Both the position numbers and the translations under genes were made by a program. A stretch of 64,000 nucleotides of DNA from the human T2T-CHM13v2.0 reference genome, Homo sapiens. Positions 15,451 through 29,319 of this stretch are shown piece by piece (position 1 is the first letter of the stretch; every line of letters begins with the position of its first letter). The notes below the pieces were generated by a model, which ran no database searches, had not been told where the DNA came from, and was given only the letters and a program-made list of their open reading frames with translations. The stretch is from assembly GCF_009914755.1 (NCBI RefSeq), contig NC_060927.1; one strand, 5' to 3'.

Positions 15451-16499
15451 TACCATTTGAAAACCCAAGAAATAAAACTAGTGGCTAATGCGATAATGAA
15501 ATAAATAAGGAGTTGAAGGGAAACCAGAGGTGGGAAAAGCAGTTTAACCTCCAATAGAGAAATCAGGCATGGCTTCTTTTGATAGGTAACAGACAAGCAA
15601 CAAAGATAGGGGATTAGGGATAAGAAGGAGCCAGCCAAGGGAGGAGCCATGTGAAGCCAGCAATCAAAAATAAATGGCTTCTTGGACCAAAGCCACAAGC
15701 CACCTCAGGGATCTCATCTGTAAAATGGTGCAGATCATCACTAACCTGTCTATCTCCCCAGAGCTAGATATGATAATGAACAGGAAAGTCTTTTTTTTTC
15801 TTTTTAAATCAAGGTTAAAAGCCCTATAGTTATGTGCCTTTATTATAAATCTTCCCCTAAAAAAGCAGGTGGCTTGAGTTGCTACAGAAATAGACACTCA
15901 TTGCTGTCATATGTTTCATACTGCATCTCTCAAGCAGTAAAATTAAAACTAGTTTTGACTTGAGAAGTTTTACAGCCTTTGAGATACCTGGAGATCCAAA
16001 GGGCTATGTCTCTAAACCACAGCTGAGAGTCGCTCTCCTACAAAACTGTGGTAAATGCATGTCATTACTATAATGACCAACACAAATACACACCAAAACT
16101 ACCTTCCAAATATCACGCATGTGAGACAGACCGATGTCAGCAGGGGATTCCCGGGCAACTCGCTTGATATGGTAGCACATGGCAGCAGAGGCAGCTTGGG
16201 ACTTGCTGGCCAACAACCAAACTCTGTTTGTGGCATACTCTTTTTATAGCCCTACCTTCTAATACATGATATTTGCTACACGATTATCTAAAAATTAAAT
16301 AATCAGCCACAGCACTAGGAGGAAAGTCAAATCCTGGGATTAAAACAGGTGATATGCATATCCCAAGGCAACACAGTGGCCCAGGCTTATGCTGTAACTG
16401 TTTCTATTTGATTCACGGAAGCCAGACCTACAGTCTTTAAGAGAGATTTGCACTGTAGCAGGGAAGGATAACTGAAATGATAGAGCCTTGCTGAAATTG

Positions 16500-16640
16500 T
16501 TGTTCTGCCCTTTATCTCTCAGGAGGTAGGTATCATTATTCCCATTTCTAGATGAAAAAACTGAGGTCCTATGAAGTAAAATAACTGGCCCAAAGTATGT
16601 GCTGCAGCTGAACTTTGAACCCAGCTCACCTATTCTAAAT
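16500..16640 (-). mobile_element. MIR
   Basis: gaggtaggtatcattattcccatttctagatgaaaaaactgagg. Confidence 0.8.
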
Positions 16641-16670
16641 CACACACCCCTTTTCATCACATTGCCTCAC

Positions 16671-16682
16671 CTGGTTAATCAT
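16671..16682 (-). CDS. PDZRN3: Coding part (MINQ) of a putative alternative first exon of a short PDZRN3 isoform
   Basis: Minus strand reads aaacATG ATT AAC CAG|gtgagg: A at -3, a phase-0 donor matching the exon-3 donor phase, and an in-frame upstream TGA at 16740-16742. Consistent with my unverified recollection of an annotated short isoform. Confidence 0.65.
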
Positions 16683-16799
16683 GTTTGATTCTTCTTTACT
16701 CTTTGATTCATCAGGAGGAATCAGATTTCTGAAGGTCCTTCATAAATACTTCAGTCTGCAAAGATGAACAAGAGGAGCCCGAAGAATGTCGTATGAAAT

Positions 16800-17120
16800 G
16801 AAGACTGAGATACTGAGATTCTCTCAAAACAGCCTCAGGTGAACCAGGAGAATAAGCAGGTTAATAATCTTTAGTGAGGAGGCTGGGAGGGAGGGGGCCA
16901 CATGTGTGCCGCATACCTGTACAAGAGTACATATTTCCTGTCTCTTCTATGTCACGTTCTCTTAAGCCCCGAGGCGTCTACACTGACAATTTCCACTGCA
17001 CAGAATGCCTTTCTCCTCTTCTCTGCAATGAGATCAGCTGCTCCTCAGTGAAGCTTTCTCAGAAGCCTCCCACCCCCACACCCGCACACACATTGACAGA
17101 CACAGAGGACAGACAGCCCT
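16800..17120 (-). promoter_or_regulatory. Candidate internal promoter for the MINQ exon
   Basis: Non-repeat, GC-raised stretch with retained CpGs, GGGAGGGAGGGG, GCCCCGAGGC (AP-2-like), CACATG/CAGCTG E-boxes and CCCACCCCCACACCC (KLF/SP/EGR-like). Confidence 0.4.
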
Positions 17121-17329
17121 GTGCCAAACCTCAGCCCTGTGTCTGGGGTCTTCTCCAGGCAGGACCTGAGGTTACCTTTCTCTTCCTCCCTAGTGCTTAG
17201 CACAGTGCCTTGGTTCAAACATGCACTCACTGAGCCTACCCCTGGCCAAAGGTCCAGGCGCTGGGCTGGACTAGGGCTGGCAGTGGTGAAGAGAAGGAAC
17301 TCTCGAGGGGTTGAGAACAGGGGCTCTGA

Positions 17330-17450
17330 GTGACCTGATATCTACCTGCTGTGCCATCTTGGCCATCTCTTAAACACTGTGCCTTGGTTTCATCATCTGT
17401 AAATGGAAATGACAGTCCTGCTTGCCCCCTCACAGGGCTGTTTTTAGGAT
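17330..17450 (+). mobile_element. MIR
   Basis: ctgtgccttggtttcatcatctgtaaatgg...tcacagggctgtt. Confidence 0.7.
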
Positions 17451-17529
17451 AAAAGGCAGGAGGCAGACAGGAGTTGGGTGACACTGACTCCTGAGAGGGG
17501 GTGAGAAAATGATGCCATTTCAGCCTTTA

Positions 17530-17790
17530 GCCTTCTATTACTTTCTGTTCTCTTACCCTGCTTCATTTTTCTTCCAAGCCCTTATACTACCCCGCTGACA
17601 CATTATATATTTGGTCTCGCTTACTGCCTGGCTCTGTCCTACTAGGATTAAGCAGCATGAAGGCAGGACTCTTGTTTTCTTCTCTGCTGTGTATTGGCAC
17701 CAAGGACAACAATGGGCATGTAGAAGGTCTCAAATATTTCTCAAATGAATGAATGAATGAATGAAAAAACAAATAAATGAATGACAAAAC
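17530..17790 (+). mobile_element. L2 3' end with (GAAT)n tail
   Basis: catgaaggcagggact-like core...ctcaaatattt...aatgaatgaatgaatgaatg. Confidence 0.75.
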
Positions 17791-20700
17791 AAACGAATAC
17801 TGACTAACTTATGAGGCATACATCTAGAAGAGACAACGAATGTTAACAAAATGTGAGACTATGAACTGCTATTTTATGGCAACAATTACCGGCATATTTC
17901 ACTTGCTTTTGTACTGGCCAAAAAGTAAAGGCTGCGTATGAATACACTTCTTGAATTGATTTTTGGTGTTCTGCTATGTGGCACAGGAATCCTCACACCT
18001 GCACCTGACATATCCCCAGATATGTAATAAATGCGGCATTAACCCACATGCTCACTTACTGATGGGATTATGCATTCATAGAGTCCTCTAAAAGAGAAGG
18101 AATCCTCTCTAAGATAATCTATTGCTCCAATTGACCGGCTGCCTAGATTCAGGTTTCCTCAAAAGCTAGCCCTTGATTTTGACTGATCCGGGAGCAGAGC
18201 CTTCCCATCTACAAGGAAGCATCAATGGTGGCCCGTATGAGCCCCCATCCATGTGGCAATGTATCAGGTTTCCAGCAGCACAGAGAAAAGAGGAGGAGGA
18301 GAAGGAGGATGAAGGTGCCCAGGAGGTCCCCAGACTCTGTAACCCCTCCCTGGACTCATGCCTTCCAAGAGGTTCCTAAAAAGTCTCTTAAGGTATTAGT
18401 TTTATTCTTGCCCTTAACATCCTATAAATACATCTGCTTTTGCTTGCTCTCATCTACCTGGCTGTGGGCAGAAGAAAACTTGTGCACAAGATAAAGAGAA
18501 GAGAAAGATTGTGATTTTTATCACCATCATAGCTACCATGGAAGCCCTGCATTAAAAAGCATGATTATATGCTGCTCAGTGTATGGACTAAGTTTTTGAC
18601 GATTCAGTTTTACAAAAATCTACCTTAACTATGGTTTTCCTCCAAATGAGATTAAAACATTTCAGTCAACAACATACAATCTCAGTCCTATTGTACTTTC
18701 TCTACCATGTTTTCCATAAAATTACATGCCCTGGAGTGCTTTTATTTTTCCTATTTTTAAAAGGTCTTTGTATCCCTTTTTTCTCCATATCCAGTGGTGA
18801 GAACAGTGATTTATCACCTGCCACACTCCCGCTATTCAGTATTCCCACCATAAATCGTGCCTTTGTGACAAAACCCTTATCTTCAAAAACAGATAGCGTC
18901 AACCATTACTGCTTTTTATGTCAATGTCCTTTTATTTCAGAATGACTCTGTTTTCATTATAGATCCTTAAACATATTAGCAGAAGACACATTCGCAGCAA
19001 ATGCCTTCAGTGAGGGGCAGTCCAGCTGTAGTCACATTCTCACTTCTAAAGCAAGGGTAAAATCCTTAAGTAAACACGTTCCACAGGGGCTGTGCTAAAG
19101 TACATTTTTCAAAGACCAATGCCATTTGGTTGAAGTCAGCTCCAGAGGGCCACATACCTTTTCAATCAAAGCCGCAGCTGCCGGGGTGAGAGTCCTGCCC
19201 CCAGAGAAGAGCCTGGAGACCTCTACCTTTATCTCCCCTGAGCAGGCGGCTCTCACCTCATCAACAGACTGCTCCAAGAGTTGACCTCTAAGACGGCTGC
19301 TCAGAACCGGAAGAGCAGAAGTGGCAGTGAGATGGAAGCTGGTGTGGTCACAAATGTGTCCCGAGCACCGTTTTGAAAAAACAGGAACATACTTTCCACT
19401 CACTCCAATCCTCGGGCTGGGAAACGGCAGGGTAAAGAATGGAACATGGCATTGGGTTTAGAAAAAATTTCCTAGGCAATTTTGTACTTAACTTGAGCAA
19501 GGGACAGTATGATACTTTTTAGAAATCTAATCAGGTTTGTGACAACAAAATGTTGATTCAGTGCAAAAAAAGGTCTTAAAAATCATTTCATTTGGTACCT
19601 TTCTTTTAAAGAAAAGCAAGCTGGAGTGAATAGGTGGAATTCAGGTGTCCAAAGTCATTCTTGTTTCAAATTCTATTGTAAAATATTGATAAAAATAAAC
19701 CATTAAATCCATTTGCCCGGGCTGTGAATTTGCTAAGTTTTGACCCATTTAATGTGTGGTCACAAGGATTGGTTTTCTTCCTTTATCTCTTCTCCCTCTT
19801 TCAGAGATTTTAATAAGCTCTTCCAAAGTAACAAAGTTCATGTGGTTAAACTTCTAGCTGCTAGCTCAGTTTTATGGAAATCCAATGCTGTGTTCTATTC
19901 CAGTATACTCTAAGTTGACATAAAAAAGTCCTGGATCGATTCATCACAGTGCTTAGAAATGTCATTAGCATCCATTGGTTCCTTGGAGTGTATTCCTCTA
20001 CCCTGGGCCTTAAAACTTCACATGTATGTCAGAAAACCAGGCTATCTGGGGATCTCTGTGTGAACAACTCCCATAAATCACACTGTACATTCCGGCTGTC
20101 AGGGTGCATATAATTCAACCACAGTTGGTTGCGTCCTTGTTCCAAGCACACCTGAGTCACTGCAAGCAGTGGGACAGCAGTACAAAAAAGGAGCAGCACT
20201 GTCCAGAGACAGCAACAAATCAGATACTCAGAGAAATAATTACATCAAGCCAAGAGGGATGAGGCAGAGGGAGTAGCTTTATTTTGCAAGAGTGCCCCCT
20301 CCCTTTTTCAATAAAAAAATGCAGATTCCCTCCTGCATTTGGGAAAACTATGCATATGTATCATTTGGATTTCAATGATTTAATGGGAAACTTGGAAAAA
20401 ATTGTTGGAGTTTTGAAAAGATGGCTCCGGGAGCAGTTAGGCTGGAGAACTGAGATAAAGTGAGAAAATAACACACAACTCATTAGCAAAAGGGAGGTTT
20501 TAGGCTCTTTTGTGTCCCACAGTGTGCCGGAATTAAGGCTTATCTCAGAGCCTCTAATAAGATACAGAGGTTGGTTGTTGATAGTTGACTGGAAACCAGG
20601 GGTCATCTGTTGAAATGCTGATCTGTCTTACCTGTCCCAAGGGCCTCTCTGAGGTCCTACAGTGACCCTCTCTGGCAAGACAAGACCCCAGAACATATTA

Positions 20701-20940
20701 AGGTAGGACCCCAGAGCAGATCAACAGCTAGGCAAGATCTCCAGGGCCTTCAGTTGCCAGGGAAAGACAGAGTATATATAAAGCACCCAGAATCATATGT
20801 TCTTGTTACAGACTGTAGCAAGTGACAATCTGCAATGTGGCATCTGGGAAGACGAGGAGGCAAAGTGAGGGGCAAAGTGTCCTCTAAGATGAAATCTAGC
20901 CACAAAGCCAGAGCTATATTTAAGCAGTAGAACTTTCTAG

Positions 20941-21163
20941 CAGAGGTTAACACACGTCACTCACCAGGTCATATTTGTCCCACCACCTGTTTTATTAAAT
21001 AAAGTTTTATTGGAACAAAGCCATGCTCATCCAGTCACATATTGCCTGTAACTGCTTTCACACTACAATGGCAGAGTTGAGTAGCTGCAACAGAGACTGC
21101 ATGACCCCCAAAGCTGAAAACATTTACCATCTGGCTCTTTACAGGAAAAGTTTGCCAACCCCC
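20941..21163 (+). mobile_element. MER58A (hAT-Charlie MITE)
   Basis: aaataaagttttattggaaca...ggcagagttgagtag...aaaagtttgccaacccc. Confidence 0.85.
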
Positions 21164-21271
21164 GTTCTATGGTAATACCTCAGTTGTAAAAGGTGAGCGT
21201 CAGAGATGGTTTTCATTTTTCCCAATCTATGCAAGTCCACCAAAAATACTTTAGCAGGCTTTAAAAATAGC

Positions 21272-21352
21272 CACACACACAAATACATACACACATATAC
21301 ATATACATATACATATACATACACATACACCTATACATATACATATACATAT
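21272..21352. repeat. (TACATA)n/(CA)n simple repeat
   Basis: Directly visible. Confidence 0.93.
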
Positions 21353-21863
21353 ACGGTCCTTACCATAGTCAGCTCTAAACATTAACCCATATTGTACCAC
21401 TTTAAAAAAAATTCACAGCAAATATAGAAGGGTGTTTCTATCCCATTCAAGATAAGCTGGCCAAGTTTGCCTTGCCATATATGCAAACTTCTAGCTGCCT
21501 GGAAAAGCATGCAGCTAGCTTCTTAGTACATCCTCTGGACATGAGTGGTTTGCAGGAGGCAAGAAGGCCTGACATTAAAAGGGCAAATACCCTTTATTCT
21601 AACATCACAGAGAAGTAACAGTTGTCAGGATTAATGAGGGGGCTCTCGCCCTGTCCGATATTTGACACTCAGCCTACAAAGGGAAAAAATGTCAAACATC
21701 AATTATCTTCTAAAGCCAAAGGCTGTCCTCTAAGTACACTCTAACCCCTCTCTTGGAGCCTCTTGACTGCTAATCTTCTCACCATCAAGAGAACTTGCCC
21801 TAGGATAAAACCAAACTGAGTACTTGACCATGGTAATTAGGCAGAGTGAGCTGGTATAGCTGA

Positions 21864-22241
<378 letters not shown>

Positions 22242-24919
22242 TAATACAGCAAACTTAGCCAAAGGGCAGAAACCAGTATCGACTAAATCTAAAAGATAAG
22301 AAGGTGCTTTTTACAACAAATTCAACTTCCCCCCTCATCTAGCCCCTTTCCGTCTCTGGCAGTTCAGCCCTGTGCTAAACAATCCCTTCATTTACAGCAC
22401 AGTCCTATTGGAGCATGCTGTCAAATATAACCGAGTTTTATATCTCTCAGCTCACCAAAGGGCTTGATAAGGTGTCATTCCTTTGAAGTGTTGTACAAGA
22501 GAGCAAAGTGATGTTTTGTTTTTTAAAAATAAAAAAGTTAGTAAGTTAATACAGCAGAAAATCCCCAAGCTCTAAAGGACTTCATGTTTATCACAAAAAT
22601 TAGTATTTCTGTAATTCAACATGATCGCCTAAAGAAGTAATGAACGTAAGCAGCATTATACTGTACTGACAAGGAAGAACAGGGGTTTATAATTACACAG
22701 GTACTTCTTGAGAAGTTCACAAATAACTATAGAGCAAATACAGTATGTGTGTTTTTTGCAGTTCACGTCGGTGCCTGGAACCTGGAAGAGCCATCCTTGC
22801 ATGACCAACTCCACTGTACTACCTTATCCCTCCCAGAAGGTTCAGAGACCCCATTTTCAAGGCAAATCTCCTTTCCAAACTAACATGTGCCACAAGCTCA
22901 GTGAAGCACCACACAAGAAGAAGTTGCTCCAAGAAGCCTCATCTCATCTTTTTCTCCCAGAATTTGATCAAACACAGTGACCTTCTCAAGTAGAAACGCG
23001 AGAAACAGCAGTCAAATTGAATAGAAAGTTAACTACCAAATTTCATAATGTTTACTTTACAGTTGGGACAAAAATGTGAGGTGTGCTTAAAAAATGCTTA
23101 TAGACAAATGTGAACTTTATCCAAGAAAGTTCAGAAGAAGAAAGAGAAGGGCATTATAGAAAGAACCTGCATTGTGTTGTAGAGACGACAAATGAAGACT
23201 GGCTCTAGTCCCAACTCTGCAGCCATCAGATGACGGAATGGGAACAGGTTCTTCAGCTCTGTATGCCTCTGTTTTCTCATTAGACAAACAGGAGACCAAA
23301 TTAACTGATCCCTGAGTTTTTAAATTTTTCCTATGATTCTTTATGGTGATCTAACCAATTTTTGCATATTACCTAAGCAGTAAGCCTCTTAACAAATGTA
23401 TATTTGACTGCCAAAACTTAGAGTCACACAATTTGGAAGTTCAGGAGAAATATCATAGAAAGAGAGACAGAGAGGGGCAGGGGGATGAGGAAAGGAGGAC
23501 AGGAGAAAAAGAGAGAAAAATCAAGCGAAGTCATCTTCTGTTATATTGCTATCATTCTGCAGGGAGTCATTATATGTCCTTTGGAAGAAATTACACACAT
23601 GCATGCATACTCTCTCTCACACACACACATATGCACAGTGGCATACGGAGCTGCCTATTTTCTGCCAACTTCTTTCCTTTACCCTCCACTACCCCAAACT
23701 GAGGAAATGAGCTCTATCCAGTGTTAAGGATGGGAGAATAAGGTCTAAATTGAGATGGATTAAAATAACACAGTTTAGATATATGATTAGAGGTGTTACC
23801 CAAAGCCATTCAAAACTAAAGCTGATATAAAGCTGATATCTATATACGTGATATAGGCCGAGTGAAACTGCATCCTCAAGACCAATGTGTCCCATAATCA
23901 ATCTACGAGTCAAGACAACTGCTAGTGTTTCTAGGTTCCAGTGTGCCAAAGAAGAATGCCATAGCCTGACTTTAGCAGGGACTTTACATGTACTTTTTCT
24001 TTCTGTATAAAAAAAATCAGTGATCCCAGCTATATAAAAGGTAGAGAAACAAGTTTTCAGGGTGATGCAAGTAGAATTCTAAGTCCCCCTAAGTACTAGG
24101 AAATTTATCTTTTCAAGACAAGCATCACCACCAAACACAAGTTTCTTAAAGAGCCTGGTGAAATCATCCAACTTTTGCCTTTTTCAATTTTGCATGATTG
24201 AATTCACTGCCTAAATACACTTGTTGATAGACATGAATATCTACCCTGTGTGCTAAAAAAGTGGGACTTTACAGAACTGTCATCTTGTTGGTGTGTGTTA
24301 CTATACATTTAGAGTTATAGACAAAGAAGTCAAAGTCTTAGAGATAAGTGAAATTTCTGGAGAAACAATGAGACTAAATTAGAATAAGTAAAAAAAAAAT
24401 AACACATTAAATCAAGCACAACCCACATTCTCAAGACACTTATTTTCAATGCTTCTATTAGCACTGATTACAGGGTTGTCAAAACATTCATTTTTGCTGA
24501 CCTTAATCTGCAATGTGATGTGATGTTTTGGGACATGACTAAATTAATACTTTTCTAAATGGAGTCGCTCACTCATGCATGGTTGATGAATCATTCTATA
24601 AGAGGTCAATTTTCATTCATTCATTCTAGCAAAGAGGGTTTTTCCCAGCTTTCAAACCCAAATTGAGAGCTTGGTATAATGTCTTTCCAAAAGCAACTTT
24701 TCAGAACGATGAATCTAAAGGAAAGCTTGATAAACCCAAGGGATGAGAAACCCTTACATGACTAGCTTCTGCTGTGACTGGATCTCTGTGGAAAGTTCTA
24801 CTCATGCTCCCTTTACTCACTTATGTTTTACATTGCAACCCCACACGTAATCAGAGACGCAGATGTTTGTGATGACAAGGATTAATAAATAACAAGAGTC
24901 CTTGGTACCTGGGGAATCC

Positions 24920-25325
24920 ATGCTAAGTGCATTGTGTGCCATATCTCATTTCCTCCTCCTGCCAGAGAGCTTCCCTTTTTCCACCCTGCTCTCTGTCCCC
25001 AGGGAGGATACCTTGTATAGAATGGTTCTCTGGTCTCCCTCGCTCCCTGGCTTCTAGCTGGGACCAGTCAATGGGGCACAGCAGAGGAAAACCAAGGGAG
25101 AGAGGAGAAATGCGCCCTAGATTTGTGCCCCGCCCCAAAGTTCCTTCCTGTGGGATGTCTCTTGATAGCACTCTCTCCAGAGTGCACAGCTCCTGTCTGG
25201 ACAGCCCTCTTCACAGACTGCCTTTCTTCTAGGTTCTGGTACCTCCTTCCACTCCTGCCCTTCAAGCCAAAGGCCGGTCACAGCATTGCTACTAGCCCAG
25301 TTACTGCCCTATGCTCTTCTTCCTG
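24920..25325. mobile_element. ERVL LTR (LTR33-like)
   Basis: ctccctcgctccctggcttctagctggg...caatggggcacagcagagg...gagaggaga pattern. Confidence 0.55.
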
Positions 25326-25334
25326 TACCCCAGA

Positions 25335-25545
25335 GTTTAATGGACTATGGCCCTGGAGCCAGATCCAGCCCAAAGCCTCTTTTTGTGAATCATATTACTG
25401 GAAGACACACCTGTTTGTTTAGGTACTGTCCATGGTTGCTTTCCCTCTAGAGCAACAGAGTTGAATGGTTGAAGCAAACGCCACATGGCCTGCAAGGCTG
25501 AAAATATTTACCATCCGGCCCTTTACAGAAGTCTGCCGATCTCTG
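25335..25545 (+). mobile_element. MER58-family hAT MITE
   Basis: actatggccc...agccagatccagccc...cagagttgaatggttg...aaatatttaccatccggccctttacagaag. Confidence 0.8.
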
Positions 25546-25665
25546 TCCTACACTCTTCTCATATCCTTGAAAATCGTCCTTTTACTAAACTCTCTGATGG
25601 ATCCCATCTTAAGTGTGCCATTTGTTTACTACTGGGATCCTTTATGATATGGTCTTTGACCATTC

Positions 25666-25971
25666 TTTTTTTTTTTTTTTTTTGAGACGGAGTCTCGCTC
25701 TGTTGCCCAGGCTGGAGTGTGAGTGCAGTGGCACGATCTCAGCTCACTACAAGCTCCACCTCCCAGGTCCACGCGATTCTCCTGCCTCAGCCTCCGAGTA
25801 GCTGGGACTACAGGCGCCTGCCACCATGCCTGGCTAATTTTTTGTATTTTTTTATTAGAGACGGGGTTTCACCGTGTTAGCCAGGATGGTCTCGATCTCC
25901 TGACCTCGTGATCCGCCAGCCTTGGCCTCCCAAAGTGCTGGGATTACAGGTGTGAGCCACCGCGCCCAGCC
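25666..25971 (-). mobile_element. AluY
   Basis: AluY diagnostics. TSD gaccattct on both sides. 6-nt internal duplication gagtgtgagtgc. Confidence 0.96.
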
Positions 25972-26514
25972 GACCATTCTTTCAAGGTACCTTTAGTTAC
26001 TATAACTGTTCCCATTACATAGGGGAAAAGGAAATTAAAGATTCCTTTAGGACAAAATGTTTTGATGAAAAGGAAAGGGAGAATGAGTGACAAAAAGTAA
26101 AAGCCTGGCAAGAAGGGGTAGAAAGAGAGAGATTGATTGATTTTATGGGTAAAGTGTTAAAAATCTGTCAATACACTGGGGATCCACAGGATTTCTTTCT
26201 TATTTCAAAGATAAATTAATAGGAGCCATTAATCCAAGTTTGCTTTAGGGACCAATGAGGAACCTGCCCCCCTTTCTGCTTGGATATGAGAAATGTGAAC
26301 ATTTCAGCTAATGAAGTGGAAAGAGTTTAGGACAGAATTATTTCTCCATTCTTGAACTGTGTGAAAAATTACGCAGGCACTTGGTTTGCTAAAAGAGTAT
26401 TACATGGTTAAACACAGTTCCTCTTAGCCGGTCCCTACTCCCTAGACTTTTAAAATTACCTCAGTAATATCTGAAGACAAAAATTTTCCAAGGTGCACTG
26501 ATTTTGGAAGGTCC

Positions 26515-26873
26515 TTGCTTTGGTCTGAATGTTGGTGTCCCCATCAAATTCATATGTTGGACTCTAATACCCAACGTGATAGTACTAAGAGGTGGGGTCT
26601 TGGGGAGGTGGTTAAGTCATGAGGGTTCTACCCTTGGGACTAGGATTAGCGCCCTTTCAAAAGAGGCTCAAGGGAGCTCCCTTGCCCCTTTCACCATGTG
26701 AGGAGAAAGCAAGAAGGTACCATCTTTGATGCAGACAGCCTTTACTAAACAATGAATATGTCAGCACCTTGACCTTGAACTTCCCAGCCTCCAGAACTAT
26801 GAACAGTGAATTTCTGTTGTGTATAAATTACCCAGTTTAAGGCATTTTATTATAACAACCTACATAGATAAAA
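26515..26873 (+). mobile_element. MaLR solo LTR (MLT1A-like)
   Basis: tggtctgaatgtt...aaattcatatgttg...ttcccagcctccagaact...tttctgttg. Confidence 0.88.
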
Positions 26874-29319
26874 GGTAGTCCTACTCTGTGGGGTCTAAAG
26901 CCAATAAACAGCTACTGCTAGATAATCATAAAGAGTAATCAATTTGAGTTACCAGTTATTTAGCGTGTTAGATATGCCAAGGCCCTTACAAATACTTTAC
27001 ACTGTTTTATTATTTACAGATTCCAACAAACTTATTTTAAAAGTACTACTATGATTTCCATATTTTGGATGAGAACATAGAGGTCGACAGGTATTGAGAA
27101 TTAGCCCACATTTGTAAATGACAGGGACTACACTTTAAAGAGCTTTTCTGAATGTGGCACACTGCAAGTTGCCCCTGTGTAAGAGTGAATTTCACTCTGA
27201 GAGAAGTAAGAAGCCCGCCACTGAGGATCTGACTGTAATAAGGGTGCAACTGAGAGGTTATTTTGTAAATCACGGCACCACTGTTGAGGTTTGCTCCATG
27301 GGATCTATCCCATTATGTATGGAGTGTCTCTGTGTGTGTGTGTGTGTATATATATTTATATGGGGTCATATTTACATAATATTTAGACTAAGCTCCTTCA
27401 GACCTATACAGAAAAATGTGTAAGTTCAAATCTCACCGAAGCAGCAATGATTCCCGATGAACTTAACCCATGAAAGGAAGGCCTTTCACATCCCCAAGAA
27501 GTCTCCACCTATCATTTCCATGTTATTTGGTACCTCAGACTCCCAAGTCTCCATATTCTGTAAAGTGCTCCTATGGGTGTTGATTTATTCAGCTGAAAAA
27601 CTGAAAATCCATTTTAGGATTGAGTTGATCTTCACTGAGGAAAAATATCAATTTTCAGAGCTTTGTCTAGGACCCTGCAAAGAACTTAAGAATTCTTAAC
27701 AGAGGTTCACGAATGGTCCCAAGGAGTCCACAAGTCCCATGAAATTGTATGTATACAAGTGAGAGGGAGAGAGGATGAGAGCCTCTGAGAATGTAAATTT
27801 TTTGGCATGAAGATCCATAACTTTCCTCAGATCCTTACGGGGTTCTGTCTTTCCCAAACCACAAAGAATCTGAGCTGAGAGATAACGCAGGCCTCTTGTC
27901 TGTTGTGCAGCCAGCTCTCACAGCCATGCTGGCTTAGCCAGAGAGGCAAACACGCCAGCATCTTCCCTGCTCTTCTGAATTCTCTCAAGTGTAGAGTGTT
28001 TCCCATTACTCTTTGCATTATGCCTTACTCACCACTGACTCAAAGTGATCCTGTGATGTCACCAGGCACTATAGGCACTATTTCCTACAGATGGGAACTT
28101 GACATAAAGAGGAGAAGGCTGCACTGGCCTCCATCCAAATGGTTTAGTGACTCAAGTAACAACAGAGCCTCTTCTGTGGCTGGACCTGTTTCACCTGTGA
28201 GGCAATTTCTTGACATCCAGCCTAAGACTCAAAATAGGGCTTTTATTTAACCTTGACTTGTTTGCCTACAAAAAGTGCATATGGACCTTTTCCTATACCT
28301 CTCTGGACATCTGTGGCTGAGTAATTCTGCCTAAATTACTATGTTTTGTGTTACTGCTATTTTCCCAGAGTGTGGCTTCAATTGCGTCTTGCTTTATAAC
28401 AATAAAATCTACCTCAAACTAATTCTGAAATACAATGCAGCTGCCTTTGCTGTATCCGGTTAACAACTTTGACATAACATACCAGAAGCAACCAGCAACA
28501 GATTTTATTTCAGTAAAATGTCCCTTTTTGGGGAGGAGGGATACATTTTGGAGTTTGAGGTTTACTCAAATGTAAATTTCTAAAGTTCAGATGTACTCCT
28601 ACATAAGAAGAACAGACCTATGCAAAAGCATAAGCAACATTCCTTTTGGAGTTTTCATGGAAAGAATCACCTGTGTGTGAGAGCAGCTTTCTCTCAAAGA
28701 GAACTGATGGTTTGCTTATGATGTTTTTTATTTTTCCTCATATTTTAAAACACACTAAACACTCCCCATGCTGTGAACATACACACTCAACTATGTTATG
28801 TTTGTCTTTGAATAAACATGACTCTACTTTTGGAAGACACATCTTTCAATAACCAGCCTTGGAATTTGTGTGGGTATGTCTGTGTGTGGGTGTGAACGCA
28901 TGATTTAGTTATTTATATTTTAAGATTTCATTTCTATTTTATTTAAGATTTCTGATTATAAAGAAATATCTGCTTATTGTGGAAAATACAATTTTAAAAA
29001 CTGTATGAGTGTATGTTATACATTCAACTTCTTGGAGTCCGAGTCCCAGGACTATAGGAAATGGGTAGAGGGACATTATTACAGTACTGCTTGTAGGTCC
29101 AAAAAAATGCAGAACTATTTATGGCTCTGTCAATGGAACTGTCACTGAATAAAGTGGACTCACACTCATATGATGCAACATCATGCATTTATTAAAACCA
29201 GTAAGTTATATTTGTATCTATTGATGGAATGGGCACAATATGCTATTACAGAAAACATGTTGGAAAATGAGCACAGGAGGGTTGCTTCTGTGTAAAGACA
29301 ATGATTAAAAAAAAAAAAA

